From: Pseudovirgaria hyperparasitica
Taxonomy: Eukaryota
Reading direction: 5' to 3' (one strand)
Length of the DNA: 35,022 nucleotides
NCBI GenBank assembly: GCA_010093815.1
Contig: ML996608.1
Shown: positions 11,800 to 25,268 of the stretch, one piece after another
Layout: every line of letters begins with the position of its first letter
Position numbering within the stretch: the stretch's first letter is position 1
Notes under the pieces: model-generated
The model's input: only the letters and a program-made list of their open reading frames with translations
Database searches by the model: none
What the model was told of the DNA's origin: nothing
Translations under genes and position numbers: made by a program

Positions 11800-12247
11800 A
11801 GTCTTTCTCTTCTTTATCTATATTCTATAGGTTACTAGATAGATATCTTCTTTTTCTTTATAGTCTATTACTCTAGTAGACCGTTATTTATCTTAGTAGG
11901 TCTGAACTTCTATTTAAACTTATCTAATATAGCGGTATCTATTAGATTTACTAAGGGTTTCTATATTAGATTATAATATCTAATCTATTTTACTAGGACT
12001 TCTCTTCTCTATTCTCGCCCTTTATTTCTAGTATATAGTATCTCTTTAATTTACTACTCTTCGTGTATCTTAATAAGTATAGAGTCTAGTTATTTATTAT
12101 TAGTATTCTATCTAGATAGAGGGTCTTTACTAGCTAGTCTAAGTAGATCTATATAGAATACTAAGTAGATATTACTAGAAAGCCCCCTTAGTCTAACGGA
12201 TACTAGTAATAGAACTTTATCTATAGTATATTTCGCGTACTTTAAGT
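11800..12247 (-). pseudogene. Element C pol, 3' part: integrase C-terminus plus chromodomain
   Basis: De-RIPed reading KKNLDSKHAKYTV..IHPVFHVDLLRPA.EDPLPGQ..EEWQIEEIL..EVLVKWIGY..PTWEPL. The frame is continuous with 33214+ once element A and one CTAGG copy are removed. End coordinate approximate. Confidence 0.85.
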
Positions 12248-12252
12248 CTAGG

Positions 12253-12390
12253 TGTTATGGATAGCGATGTCATGGCTTGGTCAAGTATTAAATTTATTAC
12301 TAGCTACTTTATAGAATCTACGTCTATCTATATCGGACCTTTAGTCCGTAGTTCTTACCGTTATTCATCTCCTTATTACTTTCTATAATA
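12253..12390 (-). repeat. Element A 3' LTR (138 bp)
   Basis: Matches 33071-33208 without indels (13 transitions by my count). Short purine tract (minus AGGGG, 12395-12399) is adjacent. Confidence 0.95.
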
Positions 12391-12908
12391 GCTACCCCTA
12401 ATTAACTTAAAACGATAAATTAACTCGAAATAATAATATCTTTTATAATAATACTAAAGTCCGTTACTCTAGTAGGCTTACTTTAATTAGGTGCTTGTGT
12501 AGATACTATGCGATATTACTTTCTAAGTATCGGTAGAAGTATTAATAGTATTATTATAATATAGCTCTACGTTTCTCCGGTTCTTACACGAGGATAGCTT
12601 CTATTACCTTTAGATTTATAGTAACTATCTAAAGTCTATTGTGAACCTCGAGGAAAGCTTCGAATTAGTTATCGGGGTATTTAAATATATGATTTAGTAC
12701 TATTCTTATTACTCTTATTTCTTTTATATTTATTTAATCCATTTATAGTATCGGTATAGCTATAGAGATCTAAGACTATTCGTATATATCGTCGTCTTTT
12801 CTTAGCTAATTTAAGTAAGTAGATTTAGTAGGAGTAGAAACTATAGGTATTAGAGTAATAATAGTTTCTATATTTATAGCCGCGGCGGCGCTTACGACGA
12901 CGGTAGTA

Positions 12909-12980
12909 GCTATAGTACTTATAATAACGTTAATCTCTATGTCGGCTATAGTACTTATAATAATATTAATATCTACGTCG
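12909..12980. repeat. 36-bp tandem duplication inside ORF3
   Basis: gctatagtacttataataa recurs at 12909 and 12945. Confidence 0.85.
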
Positions 12981-13837
12981 GTTACGGCATTAGTTTCTAC
13001 TAGTAGTATGGTTTTAGTAGCGGCTTCTTCTATTTAGGAGTCTTCTATATCATAGAATTCGTTTACTAACTCCGAGTTATTAGTATTCACGAGCTTCGCG
13101 AATTACTACCTTTATTTCTTAAACTTATTTAAGACTACTTCTTTATATATAACTTCTATTAGGTCGTTATTTATATTAGTATCTAATTCTCTAACTTCGA
13201 GTAGCTTAATATCTAGGCTCGATCCCTTATTATCTAAGAGCTTCTAGGCGTTTCGTTCTAGAAGTTCCTTAAACTAATACTCTAGCGTAGGAATTCTAGA
13301 AACTAGTATCTCTATCTAAATATTATTAAGTTTAGAATAGTAATTATAAGTACTAGCGGCCGCTACTTCATTAAAGAGCGTTTCGAAGGGTATTCCGTTT
13401 CTATTAGAAGCTTTATATAGTTTATCTTCTTTTATAGCGAGTAGATACTTAAAGCTATCTTAGATATATTACTAGTACCTTCTAATGATTTCTTTAATAT
13501 CTTATACGCCTACTTCTATAGCACGCTCTATGGTTTTCGTCACGCTATTAGGATATTATAGGTTTATAATTATCTCTATGAATCTTCGTATCTAGCCGGT
13601 GATTCTTAGTATTTATCTAATTAATTCTTTCCTAGATAAAGCATCTACCGTAGGCGTAGTAGTTACTATAGGCGTAGCTATTACTACGGGCGTAGCTATT
13701 TCTACTATCGTAGCTATCTTCTACGTAGCGATCTTTTATACTTCTACTATAAACCTTTTTAGAGTCTCCCTTATAATATCTTTTATCTAAGCTTCTATCT
13801 CTTTCTTATGGGCTAAGATAAGCGTGTTTATTTCCGC

Positions 13838-13939
13838 CTCTTATTAACTAATAGCGTTTACGGTTAACGCGGCGGGAATTAAGATAGACTCTTATTAACT
13901 AATAGCGTTTACGGTTAACGCGGTGGGAATTAAGGTAGG
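13838..13939. repeat. 51-bp tandem duplication inside ORF3
   Basis: ctcttattaactaatagcgtttacggttaacgcgg recurs at 13838 and 13889. Confidence 0.9.
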
Positions 13940-16900
13940 TAAGGTCGCGGGAATTAAGGTAGATCGTAGCTCCGTTAGCTCTATTAGAGTAGACGGAAGT
14001 TCTAACGACGTAGAAGCTACCTTAGATACTATTATTTTAGCGGTAATTAACTTTATCTTCTTTACTATTTTAGCTTTCTTTGCGGCGGTAGCTAGTATAG
14101 GTTTTATAATAGAGAGTAGAACCTTAATTACCTCTATTACCTTCGTAACTAGAGCCTATATTTCTTCTAGTATCCTTAATTTAATAACGCCTTCGGTTAG
14201 GTTTATTAGAACGTTTAAGGTAGATACTCCGGCCTTTAGTCCCTTAGCGATCTCTCTTACCGAAATAATTAGCTATACCTTATTAGTATTCGTGAATCCT
14301 TTAATTACGAAAAAGTTATCTATTTTATTAAAACTAGGTAGCGAGCTTATAGTAATAGTTTATATAGAGATAGTTTACGTAGAGGTTTCGGGTAGGGTTA
14401 AAGTATATCTACTAAGTAGGTGTCGTGGTAGGAGTTTATTAATTTTCCTACCCTATATAATTCGATCTTCGCGGGAACCGTCTTAAATAATTATCGGTAT
14501 AGTTATCTAGTCGTTCGTAATACCGTAATTTAAAGGATCTATAAACTATAGTATTTTTTTATAGGCCGTGGCGAATTTCCGTGTAAGGTCTTTAAGAGAG
14601 ACTACCGAGATTAGCTATATATATACTATATCTTCTATATATAGCGCGTGGACTTCTTTAAGTAGCTTTTCTTCTACTCCTTAATACTAGTCTACTATTA
14701 CGCTCTCTATTAGGCCCTATTTTCGAACCAAGTCTTAGAGTATAACCTTATTTAATGGTATCTATAAGTGTACTTCACGGACGTTTTTTATAATTCTAGC
14801 CTTATCTTCTAGGGAACTTAGACGGTAGATTAACTAGAACTAGTATCCGGACGATTATAGTACTATTATATAGTTACCGTTAAGTCCTTTAAGGCGTTAT
14901 ATAATATACTAGAATCTTACGTATCTATAGAGGATGTATTATTAGTATTTATATACCACGAGCGTCGCTTCTTAATTATATTATAATTACTATATGATTA
15001 AGTCTAGAGGTCCTATTACCTATTCCTAGGCGATGTCTCTTTACTACTAAGCTATAACAGTAACCTAAACTAATCCGTCCCTCCTTTACTATACGGCGTA
15101 GCGCCGAATATTCTTGCTATTTAAATCTTATAGCTAAGATACTAGTATATTCCACGCGTAACCATAGTAGCTCCGGATTTCCTCTATAGTATCCGTTATA
15201 AAGTATCGTGCCGGAATCTACGTATATTCTACTTAAGCTATTTCCTTTATAGAGTATCTATTACCTAGTTTTAAGAGCTACGCGATAATACTACTCTTAG
15301 ACGATTACTCTACCTTAAATCTCGTGCCTTTTAGAAGTGTAACGGTAAAGTTCCATTCCTTATCCGCGGATATTATACTCTCCTTAAGTTCTTCGTTAGA
15401 AACCGTGGCTAGAATCTTTATAAAGAATTCTTTTTACTTTAGAATATACCTAATTTCGTCTATAGGTACTAGAGTAAGTAAACCTAGGTAAAGACGGTAT
15501 AGATTTACTCCTAGGTCCGAAAATTCTAACTAATATTACCATATAACGACTGGTTCCTCCTCTTCTATTATAGGCGGCTTATATTTATAGTTAGAGTTAG
15601 AGATTATACTACCATCGAGAATGTTATAACGCATGGTACCGTGCCTTATACTATACTTATTATACGCCTTTTATTCGCCCTTTCTTATAATCTTAAGCTT
15701 ATTTTTCGTCTCGATTATAATATAATATAGTATAGTAATATTTAGTAGTATGGTTAGACCTTTTAGATCCTACGTAACTCCCTTATCTTTCTTATATAGA
15801 AGGTTAATCTATTAAAGCTTATGTAATACTATTTATAATACCTCTATATTCGAATAATAAACCCCGTACTTTAGAAGAGAAGGGTCCTACTAGGTAGGAT
15901 TCTTAATATTAGTATCGGTAAGAATCGGTCGCTTCTTATAGAGCACGTACTAACTAATAGTAAGATAGTAGAACTTTCTATTAACCGTAACCGGCTTTCC
16001 TTTATTATCGTAGTATAAGTATCTATCTTTATAGGGAGGGTCTAGCTTTCGCGGTAGAATATAGAAATTATCGCCTTCCTTCGTTATAAAAGGTAATACT
16101 TCCTTTAAAGACTAAGTCTTTGATACTTAAAATAATACTATAAATCTATTTATAATATTCTTCTAGTAAAAGATATTATTAAGTTTCCTATAGAATATTA
16201 ATGCTACGTAAATCTCGAGTTTATACTTATTAGAAAGGTAGATACCGTAAGTTAGTATCGCAAATCGGAGGCCCTTAACTATAATTCCTAAGGTAGAATA
16301 ATCATAGACTGGTTTTCGTTCGTTATATCTTCTATTAAAGCTTCCTTTTTATTCTATATTGATTCTAATACGCGCTTTATAGAATAGGAAGGTTTCTAAT
16401 TATATAGTTCTAATAATACTACTTATTATTCCTTTTACGCGAGGGTACTTTCTATATACCGCTCGAGTTATAATAGGAACTATATTATATTTTAAGGCGG
16501 TAGACTTCTTAATTAGTAACTTCTTACTCTTTATAGCCTTTTCTTCGTTAATTTCGCTCGCTAAATAACCTCTATTACCTTTATTTCCTTTCGGCTTTCG
16601 CTTACGACCTCTCTTAGTAACTGTTTTTAGTAGAGTTAAGGCGTTTTCCTTATCTAAGGTAACTTTAGCTTTATTATCTTTACTCCGTATTATCTTTATA
16701 TACTATAGATATAAGAGTAAGAAGGAATTAATAACTATTTAAGATTATAGATAAAACTTATTAAGCTAGAGTCTCTATAAGGTTAAGGTAGAGGATAGAA
16801 AGATAAGTTACGCGTTAAGTTAAGGATAAGTAAGTAGAAGGTAAATCGAGCTCGGTGGTAAGAGTGTTCGCGAGCGTAACGTTACTATTACTACCTTCCT

Positions 16901-17619
16901 TTAACGGTAGAGTGAATTCTCCTTTTACTAAGATTATATCTACTAGTACTAGATTTACGTCGTTAAGAGGACTAATAGCGGTAAGTATAGTAATAATATT
17001 ATTAACTACTAAATAGTATCGTGTTCGTTATCATTATTATATATAGTAATATATTTCTACTAACGGATACTAAACGGTAGTCTATAGCGTGTACTTAATA
17101 GCCGATTAAGATATATATAGTAAGGAGGGCATTCTCGGATCCTAGTATTAATCTATATAGATATAGTACTATGAGATTACTCCTTTATCGTCCTTACGGA
17201 ATTCGTATTATAATATATTAAGAATTCGTTTAAGCTCGTAGGTATATAGTAATAATTAATATTACTATATTTTTATTTACGGATTCTATTTCTCTTAGAC
17301 CGTTATACTATTTTACTTACTATTACTACGAATATTTAGGGGACATGATTATAGGAATAGTTATATACATAGGCGTAGTTTCGGTGAAGTATGTTTTTTA
17401 GATTAGAGATATATCTAATATTAGATATAATACTTTAATACTATTACACGTTTAACATTAGATATAATTCTTTTATTAATATAATTCTTTTATTATACGG
17501 TAGTACTTCTAAAGGGTAAACGCGAAAAGGAACGTATATATACAATTAATAATAATTCGGAATTATATCTATCTTAGGTAGGAACCTTTCGGTTTCTAAC
17601 CTAAGCTAGGATTTTAACG

Positions 17620-20600
17620 CTATATAAGAAACGCCTCTTAGTACTTAAGGCTATGAATTCCTTTTATCTAGGTCCTCTTTTACGGTTTCTTATCTCCGTT
17701 TTTAAGGTTAGATATATTATATTAAATTCCTCTCGAAGTTCGCGGGTATCTCTAAGGTCTTCTTTATTATACCATTAGTTATAAATTAGACCCTAGCCCT
17801 TCCATTTAACTAGGTACTATTTCTTCTTTATATTCTAATTCTAGCGTCGGTCGAGAAACCTTTTAATTTCATAAGACGGATATTCGTCTAGATCGTCTTC
17901 GGCGAAAACGCTAGGTAGTTTATTAGTACTATAGTTATATCTAAATAGATCCGTACCGGGCGGGTATAGTACTAGCTAGCTAACTAATACTACTAGGTGA
18001 ATTTTTACGCTCTCCGGAAGGTCGAGTTCGTATATATTATTTCTAATACGTTATAAAATTTTAAACGGACCGGTTCTCTAAATATCGAACTTCCTATTTA
18101 CGTGCCCGTGTACGCGGTAACTATAGTATAATTATAGATATACTTCGGCTCCGGGTTTTAGACGAAGAGGCTTATACTTCTTATTATATCGGTACTTTAT
18201 TATTACCGCTACGAAGCTAGTAGCTTCGGCGGCTATTTCTCTATTCTTTAAACGGAGCGATTTATAATCTTTAGGAGGTAATTTATGTAGTATATCCGCG
18301 CTATCTTTAACTTTAAAACCATATAATTACTTATTTAGAGACATGCTAGTAGTTTCATTTATAGCGTTATTTATAAAGCCTTATAGGAATAGTAAGTAGG
18401 TATCCTAATCTTCGTTAGGATTCTCGGTAACCACGAAACGAATTCTAATCTCTATAGATTAGTTTATTCTCTCTATCTAGCCGTCTATTTATAGGCGATA
18501 TACGGCGGACATTAGAAATTTAACTTCTAGCATGCTAAAGACCTTTTACTAGAAGGCTAAAAGCTATCTTATATCCCTATCTAAAATAATTTCAGCCGGA
18601 ATTCCCTAATCGTGTTTAACGAGGTTTAGTAGAATTAGACTAGCCTATTCTTTAGCGCCCTAGTTAGTGCGTCCTAGAACGAGAAGTACTCTTTTTATAG
18701 CTTTATAGGTAATAGGCGCTAGAGCGTCGTAACCCGTTACTATTTCAGGTAGAGCGGTAATAAGGTCGAGGTATATGGTTCTAAATGGTACGTGCTAAGT
18801 CGCGATAGGCGTGAAACTCCCGTATAGCTATTACCGAGAGGTCCTCACCTCGTTACATTACTTATAATATTTAATATAGGCCTTGACTTCTTTCGAAAGA
18901 TGGCGTACGTAGAAAGATACGGACACTCTCTTATAGAGTCTATTCTCTCCTTAATAGAAACTATAATTATAAAGTACGTTAAAGATCTCGCTAAGAAGGG
19001 CATAGGGAATATATAGCCTTTCCCGATTATTACCTCTATCGATGTTATAGATTATCTTATCTTTTATAAAGAATTTTAGTCTATTTAGAGGTTATGATTT
19101 CCCTTTTAGTAGTAATTTACCTTTAGAGAAGTTAACGTATATTAGTACGTTCTCGTCTCTATGTTAGAGAGTATCTTCCTTAATTAGTACTTCGCGTACT
19201 TTATTCCATGCCTCGTCGTCTTTATAGACTTTTTATAGGCGATTCTTAAATTTATCTACTATTTTAATCAAGACTACGTGATAGACGTAGGTGAGTTTAG
19301 TAATCGTCCCTTTATCGCTACCGATCGTAAAAGCCTATGCGATCTTATCTAGTATATTACCTTCTACGGCTAGCGCCGTACTTATAAGCCTACTAAGAGC
19401 ATCTAGTATAATATAGTTTCTACTAGGGCGGTATCGGATATCGAGCTTATATTATAAGAGATATTAAGCTACTCGGATAAGACGGATATTCTTATAGTCG
19501 GCGGCTATGCTAGAGAGCTTCGTCTAATATATAATAGCTATTATTATAGTATAGTCCGTGAATATAATAAACTATACTAATAATTTAACGAAGTGTTAAA
19601 GTTTAGTTACTAACTAAACTAGACTAGCTATTTCAAGTTCTATGGGCTAATAGTTTCGTTTAGTTACTATAATAGCTTTACTAAGAAATAATATTAGTTA
19701 TATTACTTCCCTTAGAAATAATTCTACCTGGCGTAGCCACGATATTCTTAGGGGGTTAAGTAGATTAAGATTAGTCTTATTAGGATTAACTAGATCGTTA
19801 ACCGGAACTAACGATATTACTAGATCTAGGTCCCCGCGAACGTGGTATATAAAGACTCTAAAGCTATACTCTTTTAAAGCGTTAACGTCTAGAAACGTAC
19901 GGCTTACCGGCTTATAGTAATAATAGAAGATCGGGTCATCCTATAGTCCTTATATGGCTTAAAATGATTTAATAAGTGCTTTAGTCTATGGAACTAGCCT
20001 TTTTAAGGCCTATACTTTTTGCTAAGTCTTTTTACGAGGGGCATAGCGGAAGAGCTTAGTACTAGCTTTTAGTAGCGGTAAGACTAACTATATATAGTAT
20101 AGTAACTATCCTTATAGATATCCTGCGATTCCTAGGTATTATTTAAGTACTATAGTATCTTTTAGGAACTATATTTCTTTTAGAGCTATAATTCTTTCTA
20201 CCTTTAAAGATAGTCCGAAGGCGTTAACTCTTTTTCTAAGAATTATAGTACTTAGATACCCGACGAACGTCTTGGTTACGGCGAGAGACATATTAAAGTT
20301 TAATAGTATACTCTATAGTTACCGTAAATAATAAATATACTCTTCGAATATCTTAGAGAAAACTACTATATCGTCTATATAGGCTTTTACCTATAGGAAT
20401 CCTCGTAGAAGATTATTAAGTTCCCGTTACACGTACTAGACTAAATTAACGTAGCCCATAGTAAGAACTTTTAGGTATTCTTAATCTCTATAGATGTTTA
20501 CCGTGAATTACTTACGATCTTCTTCTCGTACTAACTATTAGTAGAATATACTTATGGCGTCTATTATTATAATATAGTGGTAATCTCGGCTAGCCTAGAG

Positions 20601-23600
20601 TATATTATCTATTCTTATTAACGGGTAGGAATCTTTAACGGTAATTACATTAAGGCCTCTAATATTAATTACTACGCGTGGTTTCCATATCAGCCTATTT
20701 ATCTTTAGATCATAGACCTCTCTCTAGATAACAAAAACTAGGGAGCTAAATTAGGTAGGCTTTTTACTCTAACCTATTTTATCGTTATTATAAAGCCCGT
20801 TAAAGGTTTTATTAATTACTTTACGGTCCTAAGGGCCGACGTTATATACTCGAGTATATAACTTCTTAAGTTCTCGCTAGTCCTCTATAAGGATAAGCTT
20901 TACTTCCCTAGAGTTTACAATAGATTTTTTATCTTACTATAACTCTATAAACTCTTTAATAAGTTCTTTATATTTTATAGCCTTCTCTTCCCTACTATAG
21001 AGTATTATTCCGTTTAGGAGACGTGTCTCGAGCTTAGAGTTAATATTCGCGGCTTCTAAGGGAGGAAGGGTAGCGAGATCTACGTTAGTATTGGAGATTT
21101 AGTAGTATCCTATAATATCTAGTTCGCGGATTTTACTAAGCACCGTATTCCTTAGAATTACGAGTGTCTTATTTCCGTTATTCTTAATTACGATTCCTCT
21201 ACTACTAGAGTCGATAACTACTATATAAATTATAGCTTATCGCTTTCTAGTAGCGGAGAGGTACTCTTTCGTAGGTTCGAAAAGTATATCGCGATTATTT
21301 AGGAGGTTACATGTATCTATAAGAACTACACCTCTTAAATTAGGCTTAATAGATACTAAGTACTACGCTCTTACTATAACATTTAACTACTTCTTATATC
21401 TTAGGCGGACACTTATAGGAGCTACTATATTTTAGCTGTATAGAAAGGTAATCGTACGGTTTTAAACTTTAATATCTATTTCTTCTAGACTAATAGTATC
21501 TATATCTATTAGTAGTTTTAGTACTAGGTTTTTAATAATACGTGCTTCGTATTTAATAGTAACTATAATATCGTTTCCTTCTACGGTAGTAGATACTATA
21601 AGTATTATTTTAATAGACTCGTTACTATTATAAACCTTATTACCGATACCTATAACTACTATTAGGTGTATAAGTTTTATAACATGCTTTTTATAATCTA
21701 GTAGGACTATAGCTAGCTAGTTTCTATCCACGAGACTTAGCTTTACTCTAGTATCTACGATTATTTACTTAGGCTCTATGGTCCCGTTTAATATTACGTT
21801 TATTATAATATAGTTCTAATAACGAAAGCGATAGTCTTTCGTTCCTATCCTTTTTATAGTACTCTTAATAACTTATAGTACTAGTAGAGGCGATAGAAAC
21901 TCGTCTACCATATATACGTGATCTACTGGTTTCTTCGGATACTTTTCTATAATATACTAATATAGCTTATTATTAGAAGGATACTTTTATCTATAGACGC
22001 GATAGTTCCTCGCTATAGTCCTTTTACTCTTCTACGGTTTCTTAAGCGATAGTGCTAGTAGAGTCTTAACTTCCTTAGTTCTTATGAAGAAAACTCTAGC
22101 TAACTTCTTATAAGGTTCCTTGTCCGACTAGCTTTCTTTAGCTTACTCTTAAGCTTATCCGCCCTAATCTTTATCCGGTAAGTCTTCTTTATTTTACGAT
22201 CCTTCTTAATTAAGAAACTCTACTAGGACTATATTATAATAGGCGCGTTACGGCTTTATATAAGGTTGCCTCTCGACTTATATAGAAGTCGTTATAGTCT
22301 TTTCGAAACTCTTTAGCTAATACTTACCATTCCCTTTATATAGGCGACGGTCTACTTTATATAGGCGACGGTCTCTACCTTAATACTAGTTTTAACTACG
22401 GTCTTTACTAGACCTTTACTCGTTTATCTAAGAAGATATAACTTAGATTATTTTCTCGCTTTCTTTTATTATCTAAAACTTATTAGGGCGGTCCTCTCGT
22501 CCGCCGCTACTACTATATTATATCCCGCGGTTCCCTTAAAAGTAGTCGTTTCCGACTTCTTTTTCTTTATAAGAATAGCGGTTTAACGGATACTAGCCTT
22601 ATAACGCTTTACTAGAATAGGAATAGTCGAACTTACTCTACTTATAGAGTTTACGCTAGGTCTATAACTTTTACTCGAGCTATTTATAAAAGGTATCTAG
22701 ATTAGTATTAGATCCGGGTTCCTCTATACTTACCCTAAATCTTAGGTCGAGCTTATTCTAGGTCTATACTATAATAAGTACTTTAGATTTTAAATTTGCT
22801 TCTTTATAAGCCCTAAGTACTTTTATAACATAGTTAGTTATACTCTAGCCTCTATATAAGTTCTCGGGGCTATATAATATGCCTTAGAGTCTCTTTAAGG
22901 CGGCACTTAGAGGTATAGAGAATCTCTTTTCGAGTTTCTTAACCTAGCGCTTAAGTCTATCTCCGCTAGTAAGACTTAACTTTATAGCGTCGCTTAATTA
23001 AGAGCTATACCAAATTTACGCCGTGCCTCTAAGATACTTATAGAGATTATAACGAATGATTTTCGCAGGGTATATCTACTAATAGTTCCTTATTATGTTA
23101 ATAAACGGCTGAACGGATCTATAATAGACCTTTCTATTCTTATTATAAACATCTTCTATTCTTAAAGGATCTATACTCGGATCGAAGAATCTAATATCCT
23201 CCGTCCTAAACTTCGTGTCTCTTAGATTTAAGCTATCGTTATCTTTATAGTCTCTAGTTTCCGTAGTTCGCCGGCGATAATACGGGAGTATATATAATCT
23301 ACGACGGTAACCACAAGCTCTATTATTATCTCCCTATAGATTATCGTCTAAACCTTCGCTTAGATCGTTATTATTCCTTAAAACTCTTACTATAGACTAA
23401 GCTTACCTATAGTAGTCGTTTCTAGACGGACGGTCTCTAGAAAGTTCTTCTTTATCTCTTCCCTAAGGCCTTTTCTAAGAGGGCGCGACTTAGCTAGCTC
23501 TACTTTATTCTACTAGAGGATTTACCCTCTTACGATTATTAAGTACCGCTAAAACTATTATTATAATTTACGCGATTATTTCTACGCTTAGCATATTAGG

Positions 23601-23855
23601 CTAGGCTTACTAAGCTATAATAGGAACTGGAATTAGAGCCGGAATTAGAGGCTCGAGACTTTAAGGCGTTCCGACTTACTCTCTACTTCTCTCTACGCCT
23701 TAGCTCGAGCTTCCTCTTTAATAAGGATTCTCTAGTACTATAATCGCCTTATAAGGATTAGAGATTATCGTCTCGCGAGAATTAGAGTTCTCTAGTCTTA
23801 CGGGTTCGTCGTGAAACTCGAAGTCTTATAGTCTTACGGGCCTTTTCTTTAGTAT
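17620..23855 (-). pseudogene. Element A fused gag-pol polyprotein (~2080 codons): gag, C2H2 finger, protease, RT, RNase H, integrase, chromodomain
   Basis: Landmarks checked (gag core, C2H2, protease, RT, integrase, chromodomain) share one frame (2 mod 3). De-RIPed readings: EDIGFFDP..LRGTAQIWY gag core (~23200-23000), VDTG protease (~21755), AY(I/V)DDIVVFS RT (20381-20370), RNase H DAS and NYWPTELE (~19880-19630), integrase HPQTDGQTER (~18490), chromodomain YLVKWKG (~17805). Ends approximate. Confidence 0.9.
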
Positions 23856-24549
23856 AGTAGGAACTTTAATTAATAATAGAGGGGACGAGGAAGGTAAATT
23901 TACTTCTCTTAGCTATACGAAGTTTCTAAAGTTACTAAAATATTTAGATTAACGGAAATTTACTACTAGCCTTTTAACCTTTATAGCTTTAGTAGTCGCT
24001 AGACGTATTCTATAATCTTTATTTATAAGATAGTTCTAGTTAGGAGAATATCTATCTTTCTAAGGCTATTTACCCCTAGACTATAAACGATTTCGATTTC
24101 TTAAGACTTCTAGATATACGTAGGTAATACCTCGAAGTAAGATAAGGGTATAGAGGTTTAATTCATGTAGTAGACTATCTTTAAAGTAATAAATAAGTTA
24201 ATAAGCTATTTTAATAACTTACTCTAATAGCTTAGAAATTAGTTCCTTCTATAATACTAGTAAGGGAGCTAGTATATCTTATATATTCCCGAGTATACTA
24301 AGAATATCAGCCGTAGGAGGCGCGGACGTAAGCTTCTCTAGTATACTTAGGTAATTAGAAATGTTTAGTAGGAACCTACTCTAACCTTAGTAGCTTACGG
24401 AAACCGAGGCTTCGTATACTAATTATCTCGTCTAATTAGTACTAACCTATTCCTATAAAGTAGGGTTTAACTAGTACTAAGTATAACCGGTTATAGTATA
24501 GTATCGTATTCCTTACTTAATAGGAACTAGAGAATCGTAGAGAGCTCGA

Positions 24550-24787
24550 TGTAAAGAGTGAAGACGTGGGATAGTAGTCTAATAGTTCATAGAGAGACAT
24601 AGGAATATATTTATAGAGTAATCTTACTCTTATACGAGGTTGATTCCTAACGAGTAGAAATCGGTTTATACGGTCTACTTATATAGTAACCTCGCTTAAC
24701 TCAGCTAACTTAACCTAGCTCTAGCCACTACGTGGCTACATGGATTAGAATAGTCTATATAGGTCTATTATAGTTCCCGTCCTAATA
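24550..24787 (-). repeat. Element B 3' LTR (238 bp)
   Basis: Matches 32357-32594 without indels (13 transitions by my count). Confidence 0.95.
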
Positions 24788-25268
24788 ATATCCTTCTTCT
24801 TTTTATGCTTCGCCCCGAAGCACTTAAGTATATATAATCCTAAGTCTCTATAATCTATCGTGTACCTATATATCCGTAACTAAGTTCCTATAACGTTATA
24901 ACCATCCTTAATATAGGTGAACTCGAGATTCTAGTTTACTTTTATTAGTTTATGCACGCGCTTATCCCTTGCTTCGTGGCTACTACCTAGGATATATAAT
25001 TACTACTTTAGTCGAGTATATATTTAGCTTCGCTCACCTTTAATTTTATTCTCTAGTATATCCACCTCGCTCTTAAGGTAAGTCGTTAATTTATATACTA
25101 TCTTCTCTAGTTTAGGTTTAGAAGGGTCTATAGTAGTCTATTCTTATTAGAACCGGTCCTATATAACCTATTCGCGTTATTACGGTTACTAATTTAGCTT
25201 CATTAATCGCCGTTAAGGGTAGACGAATATTCCTTTCTTAGATCTCTAGCTAATATATATATATATAG

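Larger units (their letters stand above)
12407..16693 (-). pseudogene. Element A extra 3' ORF (ORF3), ~1430 codons, unknown function, RIP-inactivated
   Basis: One frame (codon starts = 1 mod 3) followed line by line without needing a frameshift. First ~95 codons are stop-free and include KRGRKRKP. Internal tandem repeats of 51, 36 and 18 bp all keep frame. Stops are TAA/TAG, compatible with RIPed Gln/Trp codons. Confidence 0.75.

Noticed and set aside
12909..13962. Spaced repeats as a CRISPR-like or satellite array
   Set aside because: Eukaryotic context; only 2-3 adjacent copies without spacers, and units are multiples of 3 within ORF3.
13599..14486. Plus-strand ORFs 13599-13790 and 13923-14486 that look like hydrophobic membrane proteins
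   Set aside because: They have GTG starts and Ile/Val-rich composition expected from RIPed AT-rich DNA. They are shadows of the minus-strand ORF3.
12407..16693. Calling ORF3 an env gene
   Set aside because: The position fits, but the N-terminus is basic, not a signal peptide. Apparent hydrophobic runs are inflated by RIP (Thr/Ala/Pro->Ile/Val/Leu), and no fusion-protein motif was seen.
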